Below are positions 43,951-52,969 of a DNA stretch of 64,000 bases, piece by piece; position 1 is the stretch's first letter; every line of letters starts with the position of its first letter. The translations under genes and the position numbers were made by a program. The stretch lies in assembly GCA_963763145.1 (NCBI GenBank), contig CAVXMZ010000010.1, positions 22,141 to 86,140 on the forward strand, given 5' to 3'. This DNA is from an uncultured Acidobacteriaceae bacterium. Its GTDB lineage: Bacteria > Acidobacteriota > Terriglobia > Terriglobales > Acidobacteriaceae. The notes under the pieces were generated by a model. The model saw only the letters and a list, made by a program, of their open reading frames with translations. It made no database searches and was not told where the DNA came from.

Positions 43951-44218
43951 CAGCCTGCCTGTCAATCTGTAATACGAAGACTACGAGAGAAGGTTCCCGC
44001 TATTCTACGGCGTTATTAGCTGGTCGAAGTCCTCACTGGGATCGCACGCCGCGAACCGAAACCAGGGATTGGCGGAAACGCCGCGGATCACCTTACGTCG
44101 ATTGCTTACTTACCCCTGGTTCTTCGGCGGCAGAAATAAAGATGCGGGGCGATTTTCGGAAACCGCCCTGGCGATACTTAGTCAGTAAGCGTCGCACGCT
44201 GATTGCTGAGTCAGGCCT

Positions 44219-45469
44219 TTACTGCGGGGTGAATTCGAAGATCATGCCGCAGCCGCTTTGAATGCATCGCAGCGGGCCTCCCCCGACCGTGCTGTAAAAG
44301 TTCCCTTCGGGATCCTGAATCAGCCCTGCGTAAGGAACTCCTCCGTTCAGTCCGCCTTCGAAGTTGTACTCATTAGTGAACGTTCCATCCGTAGTCATTT
44401 TGAAAATCGTGCCTTGATCGTGGGCGCCTCCGAAAGCGGTTGTGCCCCACAGGTTGCCCTGGGCATCGAACATAAGCTCATTGGGAGACGCGCCGTCGGT
44501 ATTGCGAAAGGTGTGCAGTATGGTCTCCTGCCCGCCTGGGGTTACTTTGAAGATTATGCCGCAGCCATAGAAGGGACAGGCTGTGGCGTCACCTCCCTCC
44601 GATGTGCTGCCATAGATGTTTCCCTGCGCGTCCAGCACTACCGATCCTGGCAGGTAACCGTCGGGCGCGCAGGTGAAGTTGTAGAGCACGGTGAAGCCCG
44701 CGCCATTGTTCCTCATCTTGTAGACAACGCCGCAGTCACTGCTGCCGCCTTGACCCGCAGTGCCATAGAGGTTCCCTGCGCCATCGGATGCAACGCTCCC
44801 TTGTGGCAAGGCGCCATCACTAAAGCTGAAACCATGCAGGACAACATCGCTGCCAACGCCGGCTTTAGACAGGGCGAAAACCGTTCCATAACCGTTGTTA
44901 CCGCCGGGACCGCCGCCAAAAGTCGTGCCGTAGATTATGCCGGTGGTCGCATCGCGAAGCAGGGTAAACTGCGGGCCCAGGCCGTCGTTAGGGGAAGAAG
45001 GGAAGGTGTGCAGGACGGTAAACCCTCCTGAGGGAGTTATACGGAACAAGGTGCCGTTATCATGAAGACCGCCTATAGATGCCACGCCATATAAATTACC
45101 GGCTGGATCGGGGATGAGGGACCCCCAGGTTGCGTTGGGCCAGCCATCTGCGCCGCCGGTAAAGGTGTGCAATACGGTGAGCTGGCCGCTCGGAGCCAGC
45201 TTGTAGACAGTGCCACAGCCGTAGTCGTTGCAATCGTTGCGATTGCCGGCCGTATTGGTTATGCCGTAGAGATTTCCGGAAGCATCGCGGTAAAGTCCAC
45301 CCTGCGGAAAGCCGCCATCCGTTCCTCCCTGGAAGGTATAGAGGATGGTATACGTTTGCGCTGCGGCCTTCTGCGCAGCAAATGTCAATAGCAATACGAC
45401 CGCAAGGGCCGCAATCGCGGCGCGGTCGAAACGCGATGCCTCGCTCCTGGACTGCTCTCGAGTAACCAT
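44219..45469 (-). CDS. Secreted GloVer (Gloeo_Verruco) tandem-repeat, beta-propeller-like protein
   Basis: A signal-like N-terminus is followed by repeats of about 45 aa of the type ...L(Y/H)(T/N)F.GG.DG..P.G.L..D..GNLYGTT..GG....GTV(F/Y)K(L/M). AAGGAG precedes the ATG at 45469. Confidence 0.7.
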   Translation of the reverse strand: MVTREQSRSEASRFDRAAIAALAVVLLLTFAAQKAAAQTYTILYTFQGGTDGGFPQGGLYRDASGNLYGITNTAGNRNDCNDYGCGTVYKLAPSGQLTVLHTFTGGADGWPNATWGSLIPDPAGNLYGVASIGGLHDNGTLFRITPSGGFTVLHTFPSSPNDGLGPQFTLLRDATTGIIYGTTFGGGPGGNNGYGTVFALSKAGVGSDVVLHGFSFSDGALPQGSVASDGAGNLYGTAGQGGSSDCGVVYKMRNNGAGFTVLYNFTCAPDGYLPGSVVLDAQGNIYGSTSEGGDATACPFYGCGIIFKVTPGGQETILHTFRNTDGASPNELMFDAQGNLWGTTAFGGAHDQGTIFKMTTDGTFTNEYNFEGGLNGGVPYAGLIQDPEGNFYSTVGGGPLRCIQSGCGMIFEFTPQ

Positions 45470-45766
45470 TCTGATCTCCTTACCGCAGGTGCAAATTAGG
45501 TGAAGCTCTGGGAGCGGGCTGAATGGCGTGCCCAGTCCCGCCCGCACTTTATACGACCGAAGCAGAGAAGACAAAGGACAACGAGCTCCGACACAAAACT
45601 TTTACAACTTGGTTGCCCAAGGTGGGACACGCGGCCACGGCATCGCCGCGACATCTAAAACTCCGCACCCCCGATTTTGGCCAATCGGTACTGATAGCAT
45701 TTACAAAACTTATGTTTTCTTAACACAGGCCCGTATCGCCATATGTTTAGGTAATAGCAGGTGCAA

Positions 45767-46996
45767 ATGGGTAGCTTAGTACGATCGAAGATCCTGGGTG
45801 CTCGCGCGCTCGTTCTTGCCGTGTTGTTGATTGCCGGTTTGCGCGTCTCGCTGGGGCAACAAGGCGATGCTGCGCAACAGGCGGCCGCCCCGAAGAAGGC
45901 GCGGGTAGTCGGAGTCGTTAAAACGGTGAGCGGCAACACCGTGACGTTGACCACCGATGCCGGCACGGAGGCCAGCGTCGTCATTCAGCCGACGACCCGC
46001 CTCGTCCGCATGGCTCCGGGTCAGACTGACCTGAAGACCGCGACCGCCATCCAGTTGAGCGACGCGCAAGTCGGCGATCGCATGTTGGCTGGGGGGACCG
46101 CTTCCGACGATGGCAAGGCGGTCGCGGCGACGTCCGCAGTGATCATGAAGAAGTCCGACGTCGCCGAGAAACAGCAGCATGATCGCGAGGAGTGGCAGAA
46201 ACACGGCACCGGTGGAGTGGTGAAGGCGGTCGATGTCGGCAGTGGAACCATCACCCTCTCAACCGGGACGCTGGGCGCGCCGAACACGTTGGCGGTGAAG
46301 GTCTCGAAGGACACTATCATCCGCCGCTACGCGCCCGATTCGGTGAAGTTTGACGATGCCAAGCCGGGCACTCTGGAGCAGATCAAGCCCGGCGATCAGC
46401 TACGCGCTCGCGGCACGAAGAGCGAGGACGGCAAGGAGATGGCGGCGGGGGAGATTGTCTCCGGTACCTTCCGCAGCATCGCCGCCGCGGTGGTTTCCGC
46501 GGATGCGGCGAACAACACCATCACCGTTACCGATCTCGCAAACAAGCGGCTCGTGACGTTGAAGATTGCTCCTGATTCGCAGATGCACCAGCTGCCGGCG
46601 ATGTTCGCGCAGCGCATCGCCATGCGGCTTAAGAGTGGTGCGGCTGCCGGCGCAGGAGGAACACCCGCAGCCGGAGGGTCTCCGACGCGACCGCAGGGCG
46701 GGGAAGCGCGACCCGGTGGCGATGCTGCTGCTGGAGGCGCGAGGCAGGGCGGACCGCCTGACTTCCAACAGATTCTGAATCGCATGCCCGCCGTCACTCT
46801 GAGTCAGTTACAGAAGGGCGATGCGTTGATGATCGTGGCCACAGAGGGCGCAGCGGATTCGCCGTCGCAAGTCATTATTCTGCTTAGTGGCGTCGAGCCG
46901 ATCCTTACTGCCGCCTCTCCCGCTGCGGCCAGCACTATTTTGTCCCCCTGGAATCTCTCCACCAACGCAAATGCGGGAACGGGAGACGCACCGTAA
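45767..46996 (+). CDS. Secreted repeat protein of unknown function (three units of about 70 aa, then a Gly/Ala/Pro-rich linker and a C-terminal domain)
   Basis: A signal-like N-terminus is followed by repeated blocks GVVK(T/A)V..(N/G)T(V/I)TL(T/S)T....V.(V/I)......R.AP........A......(Q/K).GD....G....DGK..AA. The alternative GTG start is at 45761. The gene sits immediately upstream of the OM receptor-like gene. Confidence 0.55.
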   Translation: MGSLVRSKILGARALVLAVLLIAGLRVSLGQQGDAAQQAAAPKKARVVGVVKTVSGNTVTLTTDAGTEASVVIQPTTRLVRMAPGQTDLKTATAIQLSDAQVGDRMLAGGTASDDGKAVAATSAVIMKKSDVAEKQQHDREEWQKHGTGGVVKAVDVGSGTITLSTGTLGAPNTLAVKVSKDTIIRRYAPDSVKFDDAKPGTLEQIKPGDQLRARGTKSEDGKEMAAGEIVSGTFRSIAAAVVSADAANNTITVTDLANKRLVTLKIAPDSQMHQLPAMFAQRIAMRLKSGAAAGAGGTPAAGGSPTRPQGGEARPGGDAAAGGARQGGPPDFQQILNRMPAVTLSQLQKGDALMIVATEGAADSPSQVIILLSGVEPILTAASPAAASTILSPWNLSTNANAGTGDAP

Positions 46997-47052
46997 GGGA
47001 ATACATACAGCAACGATACCGTTCTGTCTTGATAAAGGTCTAAATACTCCAA

Positions 47053-50004
47053 ATGCGTTCGTCTGCCATCGTCTTTTTGCTGATTTCTGTCAGTCTGGGC
47101 TCCGTCTCCGCGCAGACTTCATTGGGAAGCTTGCGGGGCAAGATCACCGATCCCTCTGGCGCGGTGGTTCAGCAGGCGACGGTCACGGCCACTGGCGCCG
47201 ATGGCAAGACTCTGACCGTCCAGAGCAATCACGATGGAGTTTACGAAATCCGCGGACTTGCGCCGGGCTCCTACACGGTAACCGCGGTCGCCAAAGGCTT
47301 TGCTTTGGATACGGAAGCCGACGTACAAATCAATCCCGGACAGGTGCAGGCCTTCGACATCCAGCTCCAGATTGCGGTCGAGCAGCAGCATGTAGAAGTG
47401 CAGGAAGAATCGCCGACCGTGAGCGTGAGTCCCGAAAACAGTGCGGGGACGATCGTGCTGAAGGGCAAGGACCTCGACGCACTGTCTGACGATCCCGATG
47501 AGCTGCAATCGGAGTTGGAAGCGCTGGCCGGCCCTTCCGCGGGGCCTAACGGCGGGCAGATCTACGTCGATGGCTTCACGGCCGGACAACTCCCGCCGAA
47601 ATCGGCCATCCGCGAAATCCGCATTAACCAGAATCCCTTCTCGGCCGAGTATGACAAGCTCGGCTATGGAAGAATCGAAATCTTCACCAAGCCGGGGACC
47701 GACAAGTTTCACGGGCAACTCCTGGTGAACGGCAACTCGTCGGCGTTCAATTCGCTGAATCCATTTATCACATCGACGCCCGGTTATTACTCGGAAATCT
47801 TCAACGGCAACCTCAGCGGACCCATCGACAAGAACGCGTCCTTCTTCTTCACCGTTCAGCAGCGGGACATCGACAACGTCAGCGTGATCGTGGGGACGGT
47901 GCTCGGTCCCGGCAATATTGCGACTCCTTACAGCGCCGCGGTGCCCAGTCCGTCGAGGCGGCTCAACATCAGTCCGCGGGTCGACTTCCAGCTCAGCCCG
48001 AAAAACACCTTGACCATCCGCTATCAGTACTCGCAAAACACGCAGGACAACGGCGGGATTGGAGGATTCTCGCTGGCTTCAACGGGCTACAATTCCGGCA
48101 GCACGGAAAACACGGTGCAGATCACTGACACCCAGATCATCAGCCCAACCATCGTTAACGAAACACGCTTCCAGTACATTCGCGACAGCGACAATCAAAC
48201 TCCTTTGAGTTTGGACCCCACGCTGGTGGTGCAGGGCGCCTTTACCAGCGGAGGCAGTTCGTCCGGCACCACAGCCAGCAATCAGGACCATTACGAATTA
48301 CAGAATTTCACCTCCATCGCGCACGGGAAACACTTCATCAAGTTTGGCGGAAGGTTGCGCGGGACATTGTTCTCCAGCAACGAGGATTCGGGATTTAACG
48401 GAGCGTATAACTTTTCCTCGCTGAACGCCTACCAGATCACCGTAAACGGACTGGAGCAGGGCTTGACCCCGGCAGAGATTCGCGCGATGGGCGGGGGAGC
48501 CAGTCAATTCACGCTGGTCGCGGGGCAGCCGCTCTCCGACGTGTCCATGGTTGACGTAGGACTTTATGCGCAGGACGAGTGGAAGATCCGTCCGAATATC
48601 ACGCTCAGCTATGGCCTGCGCTATGAGACGCAAACCGGCATTCCCTACGAAGGTAACTGGGCGCCGCGGGTGAGCGTAGCGTGGGGGCTGGGACACAGCA
48701 AGAGCGCGCCCAAGACGGTGCTGCGCGGCGGCTATGGCATCTTCTACGATCGCTTCTCCTACAATTACATCCTCCAGGCCGAGCGCTACAACGGCATCAC
48801 GCAGCAGCAATATGTGGTGGCCAATCCCAATTTCTATCCGCTGATTCCGACGCCGGCCCAACTGGCTACCCTCGCCACCAACTCGCCAACGACGTACGAA
48901 GTACAGAACAATCTGCACGTGCCTTACACCATGGAAGCGGCATTCAGTGTGGAGCGGCAAGTTACCAAGAACGCCACCGTTTCGGTCACTTATCTCAATT
49001 CGCGCGGCGTTCATCAGCTGTTCTTGCGCAATGCCAACGCGCCTTTGCCCGGGACGTATCCGCCCAGCGGCGTCACCCCGCTCGGCAATAACGACAATAT
49101 CTACCAGTACAACTCCGGCGGCGTATTCGAGCAGAACCAACTCATCACCAATGTACGGTTCAGCCTTGGGAACAAGATTTCGCTGTTTGGCTTTTACGCT
49201 CTGGGCTTCGCCAATAGCGATCTGGGCTCCGGCGGAGGGGCGGCCGTTGTTGCCGGCGGGGGCGGCTTTGGCGGAGCGTTTGGCGGTGGTGGCGGAGGTT
49301 CTCCGCAATTCCTGATGAACTCCTACGATCCGACGGAGGACTGGGGGCGCGCCGCCTTCGACGTTCGCAACAGGGCCTTTGTCGGCGGGACGATTTCTCT
49401 GCCGTACGCGTTTCGTCTAAGTCCGTTCATTATTGCGGACTCAGGTACGCCATTTAACATCATCGTTGGACAAGACCTGAACGGCGACTCAATTTTCAAC
49501 GATCGCCCCGCGCTGGCCTCTACGCCGGGGCCGGGCGGCAAGGTTTACGTGACGCCCTACGGCACATTCAACTCGGTGCCACTTCCCGGCCAACCCATCG
49601 TACCTATCAACTATGGGTCTGGGCCGCCGCTCTTCACGCTGAACCTGCGACTGAGTAAGACGTTTGGGTTGGGACCGAAGCTGGAAAAGGGCGCCTCGAG
49701 CGGACCCACGGGCGGTGGCCCAGGCGGCGGAGGTGGTCGCGGCGGTGGCGGTGGTGGGTTAGGAGGCCGCGGACTGGCCGGCGGTGGTGGCAGTCCATTC
49801 ACCTTCGGCAACGAAACCAGTCACAAATACAACCTGACCTTCAGTGTCAGCGCACGCAACTTGTTGAACAATGTGAATTACGCTCCGCCTATCGGCAATC
49901 TCAACTCGCCTCAGTTCGGTACCTCGAACGCGCTGGCCCCTGCGCCGTTTTCGTCCGGCTCCGCCAATCGACGTATCGATCTACAGATGCTGTTTTCGTT
50001 CTAG
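47053..50004 (+). CDS. TonB-dependent-receptor-like outer membrane beta-barrel with an N-terminal carboxypeptidase-regulatory-like domain
   Basis: The signal peptide is followed by LRGKITDPSGAVVQQATVTATGADGKTLTVQSNHDGVYEIRGLAPGSYTVTA (CarboxypepD_reg pattern). A long region with beta-strand-type alternation follows. The C-terminal residues ...LQMLFSF end in an aromatic residue. Confidence 0.75.
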   Translation: MRSSAIVFLLISVSLGSVSAQTSLGSLRGKITDPSGAVVQQATVTATGADGKTLTVQSNHDGVYEIRGLAPGSYTVTAVAKGFALDTEADVQINPGQVQAFDIQLQIAVEQQHVEVQEESPTVSVSPENSAGTIVLKGKDLDALSDDPDELQSELEALAGPSAGPNGGQIYVDGFTAGQLPPKSAIREIRINQNPFSAEYDKLGYGRIEIFTKPGTDKFHGQLLVNGNSSAFNSLNPFITSTPGYYSEIFNGNLSGPIDKNASFFFTVQQRDIDNVSVIVGTVLGPGNIATPYSAAVPSPSRRLNISPRVDFQLSPKNTLTIRYQYSQNTQDNGGIGGFSLASTGYNSGSTENTVQITDTQIISPTIVNETRFQYIRDSDNQTPLSLDPTLVVQGAFTSGGSSSGTTASNQDHYELQNFTSIAHGKHFIKFGGRLRGTLFSSNEDSGFNGAYNFSSLNAYQITVNGLEQGLTPAEIRAMGGGASQFTLVAGQPLSDVSMVDVGLYAQDEWKIRPNITLSYGLRYETQTGIPYEGNWAPRVSVAWGLGHSKSAPKTVLRGGYGIFYDRFSYNYILQAERYNGITQQQYVVANPNFYPLIPTPAQLATLATNSPTTYEVQNNLHVPYTMEAAFSVERQVTKNATVSVTYLNSRGVHQLFLRNANAPLPGTYPPSGVTPLGNNDNIYQYNSGGVFEQNQLITNVRFSLGNKISLFGFYALGFANSDLGSGGGAAVVAGGGGFGGAFGGGGGGSPQFLMNSYDPTEDWGRAAFDVRNRAFVGGTISLPYAFRLSPFIIADSGTPFNIIVGQDLNGDSIFNDRPALASTPGPGGKVYVTPYGTFNSVPLPGQPIVPINYGSGPPLFTLNLRLSKTFGLGPKLEKGASSGPTGGGPGGGGGRGGGGGGLGGRGLAGGGGSPFTFGNETSHKYNLTFSVSARNLLNNVNYAPPIGNLNSPQFGTSNALAPAPFSSGSANRRIDLQMLFSF

Positions 50005-50047
50005 CAATGTTGGCAGGGGCAGGCTCACGCCGCAGCCATCAGGCGAG

Positions 50048-51616
50048 TCACTTCTTGTCTTCCATCAACCGGACGACGATGCGATCAATCGTATCCAGCG
50101 CCTTCCTGGTTGTCACGTTATTGTTGTTGGTCATCACCGAGAACGCGATATGGTCGCCCGACTGGGTGGTACCATAACCGGCCAGGGAATACACGTGTGT
50201 CAGCGAACCGGTCTTGGCGTGGACGACGCCGGCGGCGGCTGTATTGCGGAAACGATCGGCGAGCGAGCCGTCAACCGCGGCAATGGGTAGGGTATCGCTG
50301 TACGCCTGTCCCCAAGACTGGCGCCGGCAGTATTGCAATAAAGTCACCAGAGCTTGCGGCGTCACCAAGTCCTCGCGCGACAGTCCGGAGCCATCGTAAA
50401 ACACAAATTGATCGGCTTTGACGCCGGCATTCACCAGAAAGGCGCGCACTACTTCAAGGCCGGACTCGATTGATCCGGAGGTGCCTTTCTCCTTGCCCAA
50501 CAGGCGCAGCATCAATTCAGCATGGAGGTTCTGACTAACCTTGTTAATCACGCGCAGGTCCTGCGCGACCGGTTGCGACTGATAGCTGGCCAATACTAAA
50601 GGGGCGAGATTGGGCGCACGTGTAGCATCGCCCCCTCCAGATGCGATGGACGTCACGCTGAACGTCTGAGTGGAAGCCAATTCGGTGTGATGAGTGCGCG
50701 CGCGCCCGTAGATGGTCACGCCGCGCTCTTCCAGCAACTGACGAAATAGCCGTGCGCTGAAATCGGCGGGGTCGTCGATAGCCAAGGACTCACCGAAACC
50801 GGGATCGTCCTGGGGGATGTTGCCCCAGAAGGTCAGCTGATTGGAGCCGGGCTCGCGGTTGATGGAAACGGTTCGCGGCCCGCTTGCCGCCGGCGTGGTC
50901 ATCACGCGATTATCGATCTTGTAATACTCCGGAAAAGGCGTGATGCTCAGGAACGCCCGCTCCCCGGGCCGGGCAGCGGGCATGATATTCACGAAGATCA
51001 CGTTGTCATTGATGGTGAGCGCCGACATCGGAGCGCCCCACTCGCGCGCCAGGTCATCCTGTGACCAGCCTTCGTCGTAACGCTCCCAGACGAAATAGGA
51101 ATCGTCGGCCACTACGTCGCCGTCCACGTACTTCAACCCATGCTGCACCAGTTGATCCGCCAGTTCCTGTAGCACCTGAATGGGTGGCGCTTTGCGTTCG
51201 GTGTGCATGTTGTAAGGCAAGGCCCGACCGGAAAGATTTGGGTCACCGCGTCCCACCAGAACAAGATCGGAGTTCAAGCGGCCGTACTTATCCAGTTCGC
51301 CGAGAGTTTCCACCGTGGTCTTGAAGCGGTAATCAGGGCCGATTAGACCGAACACCGCGGCGGTGGTAAAAAGCTTGGCGTTGGAGGCAGGAGTAAACAG
51401 CTTGTCCTGGTTCAGGGCGAAAATTGTCCTGCCGCTGTCCAGTGAGACGGCATAGATTCCCCAGAAACCGCGGGCGCAATCAGGATCGTCGAGGACCGCC
51501 CGAATATCGCGAGTGAGTTGACCAGCAGATTGCGGCTTGCGGATGTTGCCGGCAAAGGCGGGAGGGAGCAGCGCAACGCCGATGATTAGTGTGACGAAAT
51601 AACGGACCCGGAACAT
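50048..51616 (-). CDS. dacB: D-alanyl-D-alanine carboxypeptidase/endopeptidase (PBP4, peptidase S13 family)
   Basis: Signal peptide, then PASNAKL (SxxK), YDGSGLS (SxN-like) and HAKTGSL (KTG). Confidence 0.85.
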   Translation of the reverse strand: MFRVRYFVTLIIGVALLPPAFAGNIRKPQSAGQLTRDIRAVLDDPDCARGFWGIYAVSLDSGRTIFALNQDKLFTPASNAKLFTTAAVFGLIGPDYRFKTTVETLGELDKYGRLNSDLVLVGRGDPNLSGRALPYNMHTERKAPPIQVLQELADQLVQHGLKYVDGDVVADDSYFVWERYDEGWSQDDLAREWGAPMSALTINDNVIFVNIMPAARPGERAFLSITPFPEYYKIDNRVMTTPAASGPRTVSINREPGSNQLTFWGNIPQDDPGFGESLAIDDPADFSARLFRQLLEERGVTIYGRARTHHTELASTQTFSVTSIASGGGDATRAPNLAPLVLASYQSQPVAQDLRVINKVSQNLHAELMLRLLGKEKGTSGSIESGLEVVRAFLVNAGVKADQFVFYDGSGLSREDLVTPQALVTLLQYCRRQSWGQAYSDTLPIAAVDGSLADRFRNTAAAGVVHAKTGSLTHVYSLAGYGTTQSGDHIAFSVMTNNNNVTTRKALDTIDRIVVRLMEDKK

Positions 51617-51738
51617 AGCACTACTCTTTCGATAATAGCATCGTCACGCAAGCCCACTTTCATTAATTCACCTGTCGTTCGGTCCTGCGAACGACCTGCC
51701 CGGCTCGGGCGCGCTGGGCCGCCAGTTACAATCGCGGA

Positions 51739-52695
51739 ATGCGACCTCGCTACCGCTGGCAACTGCGCTCCCACTTACTTGAGCTGGGCGTGCGCACCCT
51801 CGTCACGGGCATTGTCAACGTTACTCCTGACTCGTTTTACGACGGTGGGAGCTTTCTGGCCGCGGACAAAGCAGTGGAACACGCCCTGCGCTTGCTGGAG
51901 GAAGGGGCCGATCTCCTCGACATTGGCGGAGAGTCGACCCGCCCGGGAGCCCACGTCAGCGGCGACGATATGCGTAGTGATGGCGCGCTGAAGCCCGTCG
52001 TCAGCGCAGAAGAAGAACTGCGTCGGGTCATGCCAGTGCTGGAAGGCGTCTTACGAGCACGCCCGGACGCGATTCTCTCCGTGGATACGTATAAGGCGCC
52101 CGTCGCTCAGGCTGCCGTTACCGCAGGAGCGGAAATCGTCAATGACGTCAGCGCCCTGCAATGGGATTCGCAGATGGTGTCGGTTTGCGCTGCACTGGAA
52201 TGCGGCGTAGTGCTGATGCACACCCGCGGCAAGCCCGGGCAATGGCGGAATTTGCCACCCGAGCCGAACGTGGTTTCGGTGGTGCAGCACGAGCTGGCAG
52301 AGCGGCTGCGGGTTGCCATCGAGGGTGGTATCCAACCCGACCACATTGTGCTCGATCCCGGCTTTGGCTTCGGCAAGAACTTCAACGAAAACTATCCTCT
52401 CCTGGCATATCTGGATCAGTTGCAGCGGCTTGGGTTCCCGTTGCTGGCGGGAACCTCGCGCAAGTCCTTCATTGGTCGCACGATTGGCAGGCGATCGGGA
52501 GAGGATGCGCCACCCTCAGCCCGGCTTTATGGATCCCTTGCCGCAATGGTGGCCAGTATTCTGCGCGGCGCCCACATCGTCCGCGTCCATGACGTGAAAC
52601 CGGCGGTGGAAGCAGCAGCAATAGCCGACGAAGTGCTGGCCGCGAGCCGGGAACTTGACCTCTTACCGCTGTGTGATCTGAAGCCGGAAGTTTAG
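51739..52695 (+). CDS. folP: Dihydropteroate synthase
   Basis: GIVNVTPDSFYDGG, GADLLDIGGESTRPGA, ILSVDTYK, VNDVSAL, LDPGFGFGK, GTSRKSF. Confidence 0.9.
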   Translation: MRPRYRWQLRSHLLELGVRTLVTGIVNVTPDSFYDGGSFLAADKAVEHALRLLEEGADLLDIGGESTRPGAHVSGDDMRSDGALKPVVSAEEELRRVMPVLEGVLRARPDAILSVDTYKAPVAQAAVTAGAEIVNDVSALQWDSQMVSVCAALECGVVLMHTRGKPGQWRNLPPEPNVVSVVQHELAERLRVAIEGGIQPDHIVLDPGFGFGKNFNENYPLLAYLDQLQRLGFPLLAGTSRKSFIGRTIGRRSGEDAPPSARLYGSLAAMVASILRGAHIVRVHDVKPAVEAAAIADEVLAASRELDLLPLCDLKPEV

Positions 52696-52969
52696 TAACT
52701 TACCCCTCCGGAATCGCGATCTGTTGATCGAGTCATTTCTGCCCAATTTGCCGCGGCCTTACTCTGCGCGGTTACTACGAGATTCTAAAGTAACGTTGCT
52801 GAATGTTACTTTCGTGTATTCCGAAGGTACTTTCCGGTGCACTTTAGTGCGCGGAAGGGGGATACTCTGAACACTCCCATTTCCCGTCATGTATAGGAGC
52901 ACTCGGCGGATCACGTTCCATGAACCCCCGCCCGCAACAGTTTTGTGTCAGGAGCAAGGAGATTCGACG

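Noticed and set aside
47119-49308. Minus-strand ORFs of 305 aa (47119..48036) and 336 aa (48298..49308).
   Set aside because: Both are antisense to the outer-membrane receptor-like gene. Their translations are Arg-rich and low in complexity, with no motifs.
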